In this document: positions 1 through 13,900 of the stretch, piece by piece
How positions within the stretch are numbered: the stretch's first letter is position 1
Layout of the letters: every line of letters begins with the position of its first letter
NCBI RefSeq assembly: GCF_018350175.1
Contig: NC_058368.1
Coordinates: 15,130,001 to 15,194,000 of the forward strand
Direction of reading: 5' to 3'
Source: Felis catus
Taxonomy: Eukaryota
Length of the DNA: 64,000 bases
Notes under the pieces: generated by a model
What the model saw: the letters and a program-made list of their open reading frames with translations, nothing else
What the model was told of the DNA's origin: nothing
Databases searched by the model: none
Position numbers and translations under genes: made by a program

Positions 1-567
1 GCAGGGTGACTGTACCAGGCCTGAAACTGCTTTCCTTACAAAGGCCTGTTTGCAAGGTTGGCCCTTGGTTGGTGTCTGGGAACTTAGTGGTAAAAAGTTC
101 CATACACGGATATAACTTTCCTTAAATGAAAAAGAACGGCTCACTGTACTTAAGCTGTACAAACAATATGGTTTATGTGAACATCTGTTTTCCTTCTGGA
201 AGTCTGGAATTTGGTATGTGTTGAGCACAGGGCACATATGTGACCAGGGCGCCCCCCCCACCGCCGCTCCAGGCACTGTATCTGATGAGTTTCCCTGGAA
301 GATAAAACTTCATGCATTGTTGCACATGGTATAAACCTACTGCTGGAGGAATTAAGTGTGTTCTATGTGACTCCACTGGAGGACTTTTAGAAACTTGTAC
401 CTAGTTGCCTCCAAACTTCATCCCACACACCTTTTTCCTTTGATGATTTTTCTTTGTATCCTTTGACTGAAATCCATCCTAGCTGTGTGCACAAATACAC
501 GCTGAGTCCTGTGAGTTGTTCTAGCAAATCACTGAACAGGGGAGTGGTCTTGGGGCCCCCTAGCACA
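1..567 (+). mobile_element. Solo LTR, MER21-like
   Basis: Resembles the recalled MER21 consensus (aaggcctg.ttgcaaggttggcccttgg...gtggtcttggggcccc..caca). Confidence 0.75.
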
Positions 568-687
568 GAGGTATAATAGTTTCCAGAGGGAAGTTCTTTC
601 CCAGAATTTAATGTTTTAACTCTATTATATTTCTACTGATAAAAATATATAGGATAATGATTTATAATTTAAAATATTTATGACCAT

Positions 688-876
688 GGGGTGCATGGAT
701 GGCTGAGTTGGCTAAGTGTTCAACTGTTGGTTTTGATTCAGGTCATGATGTCACAATTCATGGGTCTGAGCACCACACTGGTCTCTACAGCTGGCAGCAG
801 GGAGCCTACTTGGTATTCTCTCTCTCTCCCTCTCTCTCTGCTCCTTCCCCCATTTGTGCTGCTCTGTCTCTATCAG

Positions 877-907
<31 letters not shown>

Positions 908-918
908 CTAAACTAAAA
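688..918 (+). mobile_element. CAN-SINE with (CTAAA)n tail
   Basis: tRNA-derived head, (CT)n tract, A-rich tail. Confidence 0.85.
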
Positions 919-1657
919 TATGACTACTGAAGGAAGAATACACTTTTACCCATCTAACCAAATATTGGACAAAATGTATCCCTTGAATCTCTACGAAAAA
1001 AAAATTGCTAAGTATATTGCATATACCTTGAGTGCCTGTATTTGAAAAGAATTCTGATTTATAGCTAATTTACATCTTGGTTTATTTTTTTATATCGTTA
1101 ACTTATATATAAGTATATTCTCCTAAATAGAATAAGGTAGAATTGCCTGACTAATTCTTCTGGATTTAGTAGAGAACAGGAAAAATCATGTGTAGACATA
1201 ACTTCCTAAACGCATAAAACATTCCTCTGTTCTTTATTCATCCTAAATTGTCTTTGTTTACATAGGAAAACACAGTTTAAACTGCACTGTCATCTACACT
1301 AATTTCAGTATCCATCTTTGGTCAGTAAAAAAGTTAAGGCTGATAATTTAATTGTATTTATATTGTTGTTAATGGTGTCGATTTAGGCTCTTCTTGGGTA
1401 TGGCATTGTTCTAGCTTAGGAAACAAGAACTTACCATGTTGGAGGACAAAACATATTCTTGGGATCTATAAAAATGTATATAAATAGTGAATAGAGAGCA
1501 CAAACTTCTTTAAGTTCTTCTACCATCTGTTTGTTATTTTATATTGTTGCTATAAAATCTAGAAGTTCAACTTCCAAATATAATGGACACCTGTTTTGTC
1601 AGTACCATCCACAGGCAAATATAATTAATTAGAAAGGAAGGATACAGTTAGACTTAC

Positions 1658-1734
1658 ATTTTCACTGAATTTTCTTTCATTCTAGGCAGTTGATCCATCT
1701 GTTGCCTTTTAGAAACTTGGTATGAGTCAGAGAC
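1658..1734 (-). CDS. CCDC169: CCDC169 exon 7 (VSDSYQVSKRQQMDQLPRMKENSVK); the gene continues beyond the window start
   Basis: tttcag acceptor, GTAAGT donor; 77 nt; matches the recalled QVSKRQQVDQLPRMQEN; no stop reached within the window. Confidence 0.92.
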
Positions 1735-2610
1735 CTGAAATACAAACATTTGAGCATTTGTCCTCTTATTTCATGACTGATTTTGAGCTAAGAGAAATAG
1801 TCCATTCTCAATTAACTCTTTTATAACCAGGCCCTTAGGTGGCATGCATAAGAGAAGCTAAATTCTGGCCTTCTCCAGGATTATAAGGTTTCTAAATATT
1901 ATGGAGACCCCTCTATCTCAACCCCACATTCCATGTGGTTTTTATAACAAATACAGAGGAAATTGTTTAAATCATATCATCTATGGGTATAAAGATCATT
2001 AAAAGTTTTTGTAATAGACACTGAATATAAATAATACATGCACTCTGTCATTAAGGAAGATATGACCATAGAAGCTGTATGCGTCCTGAAATGGAAAGAC
2101 AAGATCATATTTTTATTTTTGTCTGTTTTGAGACACTTCCATGGCACAAGAGTGGAGACTTCTTTGTAGGTGGTGAACAATCAAGGCTGATGACCTTAGA
2201 GATAGATAGCAATTCAAGACATGAGTAAATGAGGTCATTCAGTAAGAACACACAGAGAAGAGAGCTGATCATATAAACTAGAGAAAGCAACTTTTAAGGG
2301 ATAGGAGAATTACCAAAGGCCATTATTTAAACAATAGGAAAACCCAGGACAAAATACTGTCATTAAAGTCAAGAGATGAGAGATATTCAAAAAAATGAGT
2401 GTGGTTAGCAATATGAAATGCCTCAGAGATGTCTACTACCAGGAGGATTGAAAAGGAGTCATTATGTTTGGCAATTAAAAAGTAAACTGTGGCACAGCCA
2501 GTGGTGGGAGTCAGAGAGAGTTGAAAGAGGTCAAGGAGTAAAAGCAAAACAGTGATTGTATCCACCTTCGCACAAAGTTTAACTGAGAAAAGGAAAGCTA
2601 AGTAGTAGGG

Positions 2611-2647
2611 TTTTTTTTGTTTGTTTTTTTAACATTTATTTATTTTT

Positions 2648-2683
<36 letters not shown>

Positions 2684-2859
2684 CAGTGAGCTTGAGTGGG
2701 GGAGGGGCAGAGAGAGAGAGGGAGACACAGAATCCAAAGCAGGCTCTGGGCTCTGAGTTGTCAACACAGAGTCCAATGCGGGGCTCAAACTTACAAATCA
2801 TGAGAACATGAGCTGAGCCAAAGTCGGAGGCTTCACTGCCTGAGCCACCCAGGTGCCCC
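2611..2859 (-). mobile_element. CAN-SINE (SINEC_Fc-type)
   Basis: Head, (CT)n and tail on the minus strand; agtagtag flanking repeats. Confidence 0.9.
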
Positions 2860-5130
2860 TAGTAGTAGTTTTATTAAGGTAGGGTAAAATAAAAGTTTGT
2901 TTTTGTTTTATTTTGGTAGAAGACAAAAGCATTTTTATGAAGATGTGAGACCATTTGCTAAGAGGGGCAATTTGGGCATATTGGACCAGAAGACGGAATT
3001 CATTCATTTATTCACTCAGCAGATATTATTGAGTATCCACTATGGGCAACCTCAAATTTAGCACTAGGGCACAAAGATAAATCATGGTTCTTACAATCTA
3101 TTGGAGAAAACAGCACAATAAATAGATTGTACAATTCGCTGCCTCGACAGAGGTTTGCACAGGTGCTTTGTAAGCATAAAGCAGATGCTAATTTGGGCTA
3201 TAGGGGGCCTGGACGAGTAGCCAATCAAGAACTGGAAAGGACATTCCAGGCAGAAGGAGCAGCAAGGGCCTACAACTATAAGGCAACATGACAGATGTAG
3301 GGACCACATATATGGCTGGTCTGGCTGCAGTACAGGATGTGAGCAGGAACATGGATGGAAAGGCAGGCACTGTGTGTTGGAAAGGACCTTGTAGACCACT
3401 CTAACAAGCTTTGCTGAGATCCTCTGGACAATGCAGAGTCACTGAAGGTTTTAAATGGGGAACAACATCGTATCTGTATTTCGCAAGGATTTCTCAGGCA
3501 GCAGAGGAGGAAAAAAATGGCAAGATTTTAACAGCTATGCTATTGAGATTATATTTCAAGTCTAGATTTAAATCTGGGGAATTCTATTTTCAATTGAACA
3601 ATAACAAAATAGAGTTATTTGAAAAGACAACAGAACAGTTGGATAGGTTAGAACCCATGTCGGAGGGAATTGCTAGTGTAACTTTTGTTGTAATTTAATA
3701 TTTTAGCGTAGGGGAAAAAACTATGGAAACACTTAAGGGTTGTTTTCAAATATTTGAGAAGCTGTTACACAGGAGAAGTATAGAATTATTCTATATTCTT
3801 CAGAGGATGCAACTAAAACCAATAGATTTTAAGGAAGGAGAATAAGGAGCATCACATGATGCTTTAACAATTCTAATAATTACAATTGCTTGACAATGAA
3901 ACAGAATGGCCTCAGGTTCCATATCTTTAAACCAAAGTATTATATTCAACAATGTCTCAGATCCACTGCTAAAATTCTATGTTTATGGGAATAGAACATA
4001 AGTTTATTATGTGTTACAAGCAGCTCTAGTCAGTCTTTCTGCCTGGCTTTTAAGCAATGAATGTACTTATATATTCTTAAAAATCAACTATACACATAGT
4101 GTGTAAATTGGAAAAATCGTGAGATACGGAAACTCCATTTCATTCAAAACAGTGAAGACAGCAGAAGTATACACAACAGACTCAGCCAATAGCTCTAGTT
4201 ATCCACCTAAGAATAATTATTATGTATTCAGCATGGAAAGAACTGCAGATCATCCACTGACCTTTCCAGTCACTGGAGTATCCACATGGTCAGAACCATC
4301 TTTGACTATAAAGATTAACAATTCACTCTAGAGTGAAAATCCTTATTAACATTTATACTGGAGAACAGGATTAACAGCTTCCTGGGAAGCTGTTAAAATA
4401 GGCTTTGATTGTATGTTCAGTGATCCTGCATAATCAGAGTAGAACCTATTCCACCTAAATGAATTTTTCAGATAAACAAAGGTAAAGGAGGAAGCTGAGG
4501 CAGGAAGAAAATCTAATGCCCCTGTCACAGAGAGGGAGGCTCGGGAGATCAGGAAAGAAAAACAGGAAAATAATACTTACCACTTATTAGAATTCAGAAT
4601 GTATTATGGGCCAGGCATTTTACTCAGCACTTAACATATATTACATCTCTAAACACTCACAAATCCCCTGCAAGACACTACTATTATTTCCCCTTCTACC
4701 AAGAAGGAAAGAAATTACAGCCCCAAAGCTCAAATGACAATCAAGTACAAAGCTGGGTTTTAAATCCAAATTTACAACGACTCCAAAATCTGTGGTTCTT
4801 TCATCAAATCACAATCTCATAAAGCAGGTAGCGTTTACGCTAGAACTTCAGGGAAGCGGAGTTGACATGTATGAAAAGCAGCATATTCTAGGGGGACTCA
4901 TGGTCTGATGAAAGGCGGGAGTAAGTAGTGCTGCCAACTAAGTATCCAGTACCATCAAGTATAAACTGACTGTTTTATGGGTAGGAGGCGACAAGGAGTG
5001 ATCCTATTTTGTCTCAATTTCCTAATTTAATCTTAGTACTAGAAATCTAAGCCTCCGTTTACCCACTACTGCCCTGACTTTCATTCCCAAATTGTTCTAT
5101 ACATCCCCTTCTCAGCTCCAATCCCTAGTC

Positions 5131-5354
5131 TTTTTTTAAAAAAATTTTTTTACATTTATTTATTTCTGAGAGACAGAGAGAGACAGAGCGTGAGTGGGGG
5201 AGGGGCAGAGAGAGAGGGAGACACAGAATCTGAAGCAGGCTCCAGGCTCGGAGCTGTCAGCACAGAGCCCGACTCGGGGCTCGAACTCACAAACCGTGAG
5301 ATCATGACCTGAGCGGAAGTTAGACGCTTAACCGACTGAGCTACCCAGGTGCCA
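5131..5354 (-). mobile_element. CAN-SINE (SINEC_Fc-type)
   Basis: TSD ctccaatccc(t/c)agtctt. Confidence 0.9.
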
Positions 5355-6485
5355 CTCCAATCCCCAGTCTTAATTCCATCCTCTCAATCCTTTCACTGAT
5401 CCTCTGGAAACACCAGATTAGTGACTAGCAGACTATCTTTATGGCAAACCTAGACCTCAAGGTCCTCTACTTCCTTACCTCATCTAGTTATCTCCTGAAG
5501 ACTCCAATCCTCTTTTTGGCTCTTTGTCCCTTGACTATCACTGTTGAAACTCTGCAGAGCTATATTCTAGACTCTCTTTTCTTTTCACCCTGTGTGTATT
5601 CTCCCTGATACATTTCATTCATTCACTTGGCTTCATTTACTATCTATATGCCAATAATTTCCGTGTTTATACCTTCAATTTTTATCTTTTCTTCCCTGAG
5701 ATTCATATGTCCAACTGCTCTTTGGATGCTTCCATTTAGATAATGCACATTGAAAACTAAACTCATATCGTGATCTTAAAACATCCATCAGAATAAAGTT
5801 GCTAAGGTTTAAATATTTAAATGTTAAATAGGTAACCAACTACTAAAAAAAGATGTGATAAATGTTATGAAACATTGAGATGAAAACAGTCTTTTAAACT
5901 ATGACATGTGAAGCCATAAATAAAAGATAGCTCTGACAACATCAAAACAAAAACTCTTTAATACTAACATCATAAATAAAACTGAAAGGCAAATGAAAAA
6001 CTATGGAAAATATATGCAACATCATTTTTAATTTACTGATCACTTTCCTGTCCTGTCATTTGTAGTTGCATACTTTCCAATTCTGTACTAAGTTGCTAGC
6101 CTTTTCTAGTGATAGCAGTGCTATATCTATCTTAGATCTCACTGTGCATAATTATGACATAAAATACCATGAATTTCATTATAGCACAGGGATAACTGCT
6201 TATTTGGTTGAGTTTTAGAAATTACAGATCAAACTTAAAAGATAACAAAAGAAGCAAATATGAAAAAATTCCCTTAATTTGGGAAACTTTTATCTCCTTT
6301 TATGCCTTTTTATAAAAGCTATAAATTTGCTTTTTCACTTTATATATTTAGAAACTTGGTACATTTTCTCCTATAATCCCAACATGTTTATCAAATCAAA
6401 CCAATCAAAAACCTAGAAAAGTGAAAAATGTAATTTATAGTGAGAGGAAACTCTTAAAATTTGGAAGTAAGAAAACAAAAGTTAC

Positions 6486-6539
6486 CTGAGACATTTCAGC
6501 TAGATAGGTATGGCACTCATTGTTGGTCTTGTGGTAAGC
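6486..6539 (-). CDS. CCDC169: CCDC169 exon 6 (AYHKTNNECHTYLAEMSQ)
   Basis: tttcttgtag acceptor, GTAAC donor; 54 nt, in frame; matches the recalled AYQKINNERRTYLAEMSQ. Confidence 0.93.
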
Positions 6540-6725
6540 CTACAAGAAACATACAAAAATAAAGAACCCAACATCAGAGAAGATTTGCAATACTAGCAAG
6601 ACTATTACTAAGTCAAGTTTATGTCTCTATGTTTTTTTTAAATAGTGTAGGAGATAGTTTTGTAAGTATTTTGTGATAATAATATAGTAGGTTTGTAGAT
6701 AACATACTAAAAATCATAGCAGTTA

Positions 6726-6890
<165 letters not shown>

Positions 6891-7213
6891 TCATGTTCTA
6901 AATAATAATACATTTCAGTGACAAATGCCTTCTACCCCACAACGTTCTGTGATTTCAAATTCTATAGTATATACCTTTTAAGTAATAGTAATAACTACAA
7001 TATTTTTGAATCCTAACAATATGCCAAGTCAGTACTTGTGCTAAGTGCTTTCCACAGATTATTTCAATTAATCCTTACAACAGCCATAGAGATGGCTAAC
7101 ATATTTATTTCCATTTTACTGTTAAGAAAATCACATCTGATAGATGTTAAATAACTGGTCCAAAGACACGCAGCTAATAAGTGGTGAAGCTGTTATTAGA
7201 ACCCAGGTAGTCT

Positions 7214-7581
7214 GGGGTGCCTGGCTGGCTCACTCAGTGGAGCATGTGACTCTTGATCTTGAGCCCCCACGTTGGGTGTAGAGATTACTTAAAAATAAAA
7301 ATTTTAGGGGCACCTGGGTGGCTCAGTCGGCTAAGCATCCAACTTGGGTGTAGGTCATGATCTCACAGTCTGTGAGTTCGAGCCCCGCGTCGGGCTCTGT
7401 GCTGACAGCTCAGAGCCTGGGGCCTGTTTCAGATTCTGTGTCTCCCTCTCTCTCTGCCCCTCCCCTGCTCATGCTCTGTCTCTCTGTCTCTTTCTCTCAA
7501 AAACAAATAAACATTAAATAAATACATACATACATACATACATACATACATACATACATAATCTTTGGGGGGAAAAAAAAA
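7214..7581 (+). mobile_element. Short CAN-SINE with a second full SINE (7308-~7560, (CATA)n tail) in its tail, inside a MIR
   Basis: Outer TSD agaacccaggta(g/a)tct at 7198-7213 and 7582-7597. Confidence 0.85.
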
Positions 7582-8680
7582 AGAACCCAGGTAATCTGAC
7601 TCCAAAAGCCACACATGCTAAACAATTATTATGTATATATCCATATGATTGATACCAGCATAACAATAGTAGAGAGGAAGAACAGACAATGAAGTTGATG
7701 GCCAGAAGAACTGAGAGAATATTGCAGAGTAGGACAGTTCTGGAAGCTAAGACTTCAATCCAGATACCGTTCATCACAAATAGCTGGAGCTGAGTAGAGG
7801 TTTAGCCAAGTGCCAGAGCAATAATGCATTATACCAATTTGAATTAAAAGTTTAATCCCTAAACTAATAACTAATCGTTTGCAGTAACCCCAATTATTTC
7901 TTGTATTCTTACACATTAATGTTTTTAAAAAAATCTCCAAGTCGAATTCTATAGAACCCTTGTTGGTCATGATCTAGGTCACTGAATTTATTAAAACATT
8001 TAAAGAAAAAAAAAAAGCAGCTGATTTAAAGCTCCACAAGGTGAAACAGATATTTTAGAGCTCATATCTTCCTCCTGAAAAATAGTTAATTCTGTAAAAA
8101 CTTTACTAATTCTCTCCCAGATACTTGTTATAATTATTAGGATTTTAAAAATTGTATCAATAGGATAATTAGGTCAGCTGAGACCAGGAAAGTTCTTGTC
8201 TCTAAAAATAACACCAGTGATAAAAAATTCCCTTGGTTGTGACAATTCTCCACTATGCATATTTGATTACCATTAAAACATAACTGGGTGATATTTCTCA
8301 GGCACGCATTATTTGTCTTTGAAAATTATACAATGGCATCATAAACGGCTTTCAGTCCACCTTCCCCAATTACAAACTTGCTCCAGAAGAAGCTCCATGA
8401 AAGTCCCACAAATTTAAGAGGCTAAACTGATTTATCTTAAGGAAACTATAATCTAATGAAATAAGCCACTGCTCAAGTATGAAGAGTTTTTAAACCAATA
8501 ATCAGAGACTGATGGAAGTAGTGCAAAATACTGCCACACAGACCTTTGCTCCAAGGATTCCAAGCTTAGCCCACCAGAGTAGTTCAGTTAACATCATTTG
8601 TTAAATACACTTTTATAAAGGTAAAAGATAATCTAACTCTTTTTAATATTGTTTCAATGGGAAAATGCACTCTAAGTTCT

Positions 8681-8893
8681 TTTTATTTTATCTTATTTAT
8701 TTATTTTGAGAGAGAGAGAGAGTGTCAGTCAGCAGGGGAGTAGCAGAAAGAGAGGGAGAGAGAGAATCCCAAGCAGGTTCCACACTGTCATCACAGAACC
8801 CGATGTGGGGGCCCGAACTCACAAACCATGAGATCATGACCTGAGTCAAAATCATGAGTCAGACTCTCACCTGACTGAGCCACCCAGGTGCCT
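8681..8893 (-). mobile_element. CAN-SINE
   Basis: TSD cactctaagttct. Confidence 0.88.
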
Positions 8894-9707
8894 CACACTC
8901 TAAGTTCTAAAAGAAATTATCTTATTGATAAACTATTGGGATACAAATTATTTTTATATTAATGTTGACCTGAATGAGATATGACCTAGAACTCTAGAAG
9001 CTTATACAAGAAATGTACATATGCAACAGGTAAAATTCAAGGCGATATATGATGAAATGCCAAAATGTGAAGCACAGACAATAAATGTCTCACAAGTTTT
9101 TTTAAAGAGGCCAATCAACACGGACTAGAGAGAGCATTCAGGATCCCCCAAAAGAGAAGGATTTGGATGGGAAAAAAGGGGGAGCTATATATTGATCAAA
9201 GACTTGAGTCAAAATGATTATTTAGTGGTAACAACAGAGGTGAAGCAAAGTATTTGAGAAATAAATAAGAGGTAAGGTAAGATAATTAAGGAAAGCCCTG
9301 GCTATAGAAGACTTAGATTGCCAGGCTCAGGAAGCTAAACACAGGGGGCTATTGGAAGGTATTAAACAAGTGGCAAAATGAAAGCAGGGGGGTAGGAATA
9401 CTAACCAAGTGGCAGTTTCTATGACAGAAGAAGTTTCTATGTTATTTACTGATGTGGATTTGCAGTTCTAAGCTTTGAAGCTTAAATATTTTTAATACAC
9501 TTTCTTTGTGTTAGACTATATCGCACTACTACTCCTATCCTGACTAAATTCTTTGTCTTGTTACCTAATATTACAATTCATTCATTTATTCAAAAAATAT
9601 TCATCAAGCACCTCCTATGTTCCAGACGTTGTGCTAAGCATACCACAGTGAGATTTACAAACCCAGATCCTGACCTCATGAAGCTGAGAGTCTTATATGG
9701 TTTACCT

Positions 9708-10158
9708 TGGTGAATGTTACATGTAAGCATAAGAAGAAACTGTATTCTGCCATTGGATGGAATATTCTATAAATATCAATCGATTGAGTTGATTGCTGTT
9801 CAGGTCAACTATGTCTCTATTGACTTTTCTCCCTTTTTGATCTATCACTTACTGACAAGGTGGGTGTTACTTTAATAGTGAGTGGATATGCCTATTTTTC
9901 CTCCATTAATTCATCAAAATCACCATGTAAGTGTTCCTACCAGTTTCCAGCAGGCTCTGTTCCAAGGAAGCAGATGTCATTAGCAACTATCTAGATTTGT
10001 CCATTTATACAGATTTCAGGATGGGAGTTTGCCCTGCAAACTCAGTTCACTAATGAGTCAAGAACAGTGATTGGGTGTGTTGAACAGTGTGGACAATGAT
10101 TCACCTTTTTTTTGTTGTAATGACAGCACTATGCATACTGGAGCTGAAGCCAGAAGTC
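9708..10158 (-). mobile_element. Old L1M fragments (5' end plus endonuclease-region remnant)
   Basis: 9708-9900 resembles the young L1 at 14125-14310; the ggagctgaagccagaagtc end resembles old L1M 5' termini. Confidence 0.55.
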
Positions 10159-10159
10159 G

Positions 10160-10670
10160 CAAACTGTTCTTGATCCTCTTTTCTAATTGGAACAAAAAGA
10201 ATGCATTCTCGAAATCGGTGGCTGCACACCCTACACTGAAGGCTGACTAGTGTGCTCCAGCAGGGATACCACATCTGGCAAAGCAGCTGCAGTTGGGGCT
10301 ACCAATTGGTTAAGCCTGCAGTGGCCTATAGTCTTTCTCTAAAATTCATCCAGTTTTTGCAGGGGCCAGACTAGCAACTTAAATAGAACAATGATAGGTA
10401 CTAGGACCCTTCCATCTTTTAGGTTTTTAATTGTGGCACTAATCACTGCTCTTTTCCCCGGGATAAGAAATTGTGTTTGCTTTACAATTTTGACCTTGGG
10501 TGGGAGAGGGACAGTTTCTAAAGTTTCCATGTGTTTTTTCCCATTGTGATAGCTTTTACTCCAGAGATGAAGGCCCAGTAAGGGGGTTAACTTCAATTGT
10601 CAAGTATATCTGTTCCAATTATACACTCCGGGACTGGGAAAATGATCACCACGGGAGCAGGGGAGTTTAT
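10160..10670 (-). mobile_element. Degenerate ERVL pro-pol fragment (RT N-terminus)
   Basis: ORF 10339-10596 (KIVKQTQFLIPGKRAVISATIKNLKDGRVLVP...VWPLQKLD) and downstream RLNQLVAPTAAALPDVVSLLE...ENAFF match ERVL pol motifs (KIVNQKQYRIPGG..EISATIKDLKDAG, LNQVV.PIAAAVPDVVSLLE). Confidence 0.85.
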
Positions 10671-10902
10671 TTATTTATTTTTTTATGAAATTTATTGACA
10701 AATTAGTTTCCATACAACACCCAGTGCTCATCCCAAAAGGTGCCCTCCTCAATACCCATCACCCACCCTCTCCTCCCTCCCACCCCCCATCAACCCCCAG
10801 TTTGTTCTCAGTTTTTAAGAGTCTCTTATGCTTTGGCTCTCTCCCACTCTAACCTGTTGTTTTTTTTTTCCTTCCCCTCCCCCATGGGTTCCTGTTAATT
10901 TC

Positions 10903-13900
10903 TCAGGGTCCACATAAGAGTGAAACCATATGGTATCTGTCTTTCTCTGTATGGCTTATTTCACTTAGCATCACACTCTCCAGTTCCATCCACGTTGCTA
11001 CAAAAGGCCATATTTCATTTTTTCTCATTGCCACGTAATATTCCATTGTGTATATAAACCACAATTTCTTTATCCATTCATCAGTTGATGGGCATTTAGG
11101 CTCTTTCCATAATTTGGCTATTGTTGAGAGTGCTGCTATGAACATTGGGGTACAAGTGGCCCTATGCATCAGTACTCCTGTATCCCTTGGATAAATTCCT
11201 AGCAGTGCTATTGCTGGGTCATAGGGTAGGTCTATTTTTAATTTTCTGAGGAGCCTCCACACTGCTTTCCAGAGCGGCTGCACCAATTTGCATTCCCACC
11301 AACAGTGCAAGAGGGTTCCCGTTTCTCCACATCCTCTCCAGCATCTAGAGTCTCCTGATTTGTTCATTTTGGCCACTCTGACTGGCGTGAGGTGATACCT
11401 GAGTGTGGTTTTGATTTGTATTTCCCTGATAAGGAGCGACGCTGAACATCTTTTCATGTGCCTGTTGGCCATCCGGATGTCTTCTTTAGAGAAGTGTCTA
11501 TTCATGTTTTCTGCCCATTTCTTCACTGGGTTATTTGTTTCTCGGGTGTGGAGTTTGGTGAGCTCTTTATAGATTTTGGATACTAGCCCTTTGTCCGATA
11601 TGTCATTTGCGAATATCTTTTCCCATTCCGTTGGTTGCCTTTTAGTTTTGTTGGTTGTTTCCTTTGCTGTGCAGAAGCTTTTGATCTTCATAAGGTCCCA
11701 GTAATTCACTTTTGCTTTTAATTCCCTTGCCTTTGGGGATGTGTTGAGTAAGAGATTGCTACGGCTGAGGTCGGAGAGGTCTTTTCCTGCTTTCTCCTCT
11801 AAGGTTTTGATGGTTTCCTGTCTCACATTTAGGTCCTTTATCCATTTTGAGTTTATTTTTGTGAATGGTGTGAGAAAGTGGTCTAGTTTCAACCTTCTGC
11901 ATGTTGCTGTCCAGTTCTCCCAGCACCATTTGTTAAAGAGGCTGTCTTTTTTCCATTGGATGTTCTTTCCTGCTTTGTCAAAGATGAGTTGGCCATACGT
12001 TTGTGGGTCTAGTTCTGGGGTTTCTATTCTATTCCATTGGTCTATGTGTCTGTTTTTGTGCCAATACCATGCTGTCTTGATGATGACAGCTTTGTAGTAG
12101 AGGCTAAAGTCTGGGATTGTGATGCCTCCTGCTTTGGTCTTCTTCTTCAAAATTCCTTTGGCTATTCGGGGCCTTTTGTGGTTCCATATGAATTTTAGGA
12201 TTGCTTGTTCTAGTTTCGAGAAGAATGCTGGTGCAATTTTGATTGGTATTGCATTGAATGTGTAGATAGCTTTGGGTAGTATTGACATTTTGACAATATT
12301 TATTTTTCCAATCCATGAGCAGGGAATGTCTTTCCATTTCTTTAAATCTTCTTCAATTTCCTTCATAAGCTTTCTATAGTTTTCAGCATACAGATCCTTT
12401 ACATCTTTGGTTAGATTTATTCCTAGGTATTTTATGCTTCTTGGTGCAATTGTGAATGGGATCAGTTTCTTTATTTGTCTTTCTGTTGCTTCATTGTTAG
12501 TGTATAAGAATGCAACTGATTTCTGTACATTGATTTTGTATCCTGCAACTTTGCTGAATTCATGTATCAGTTCTAGTAGACTTTTGGTGGAGTCTATCGG
12601 ATTTTCCATGTATAATATCATGTCATCTGCAAAAAGCGAAAGCTTGACTTCGTCTTTGCCAATTTTGATGCCTTTGATTTCCTTTTGTTGTCTGATTGCT
12701 GATGCTAGAACTTCCAGCACTATGTTAAACAGCAGCGGTGAGAGTGGGCATCCTTGTTGTGTTCCTGATCTCAGGGAAAAAGCTCTCAGTTTTTCCCTGT
12801 TGAGGATGATGTTAGCTGTGGGCTTTTCATAAATGGCTTTTATGATCTTTAAGTATGTTCCTTCTATCCCGACTTTCTCAAGGGTTTTTATTAAGAAAGG
12901 GTGCTGGATTTTGTCAAAGGCCTTTTCTGCATCGATTGACAGGATCATATGGTTCTTCTCTTTTTTTTTGTTAATGTGATGTATCACGTTGATTGATTTG
13001 CGAATGTTGAACCAGCCCTGCATCCCAGGAATGAATCCCACTTGATCATGGTGAATAATTCTTTTTATATGCCGTTGAATTCGATTTGCTAGTATCTTAT
13101 TGAGAATTTTTGCATCCATATTCATCAGGGATATTGGCCTGTAGTTCTCTTTTTTTACTGGGTCTCGGTCTGGTTTAGGAATCAAAGTAATACTGGCTTC
13201 ATAGAATGAGTCTGGAAGTTTACCTTCCCTTTCTATTTCTTGGAATAGCTTGAGAAGGATAGGTATTATCTCTGCTTTAAACGTCTGGTAGAACTCCCCT
13301 GGGAAGCCATCTGGTCCTGGACTCTTATTTGTTGGGAGATTTTTGATAACCGATTCAATTTCTTCGCTGGTTATGGGTCTGTTCAAGCTTTCTATTTCCT
13401 CCTGATTGAGTTTTGGAAGAGTGTGGGTGTTCAGGAATTTGTCCATTTCTTCCAGGTTGTCCAATTTGTTGGCATATAATTTTTCATAGTATTCCCTGAT
13501 AATTGTTTGTATCTCTGAGGGATTGGTTGTAATAATTCCATTTTCATTCATGATTTTATCTATTTGGGTCATTTCCCTTTTCTTTTTGAGAAGCCTGGCT
13601 AGAGGTTTGTCAATTTTGTTTATTTTTTCAAAAAACCAACTCTTGGTTTCGTTGATCTGCTCTACAGTTTTTTTAGATTCTATATTGTTTATTTCTGCTC
13701 TGATCTTTATTATTTCTCTTCTTCTGCTGGGTTTAGGCTGTCTTTGCTGTTCTGCTTCTAGTTCCTTTAGCTGTGCTGTTAGATTTTGTATTGGGGATTT
13801 TTCTTGTTTCTTGAGATAGGCCTGGATTGCAATGTATTTTCCTCTCAGGACTGCCTTCGCTGCGTCCCAAAGCATTTGGATTGTTGTATTTTCATTTTCG

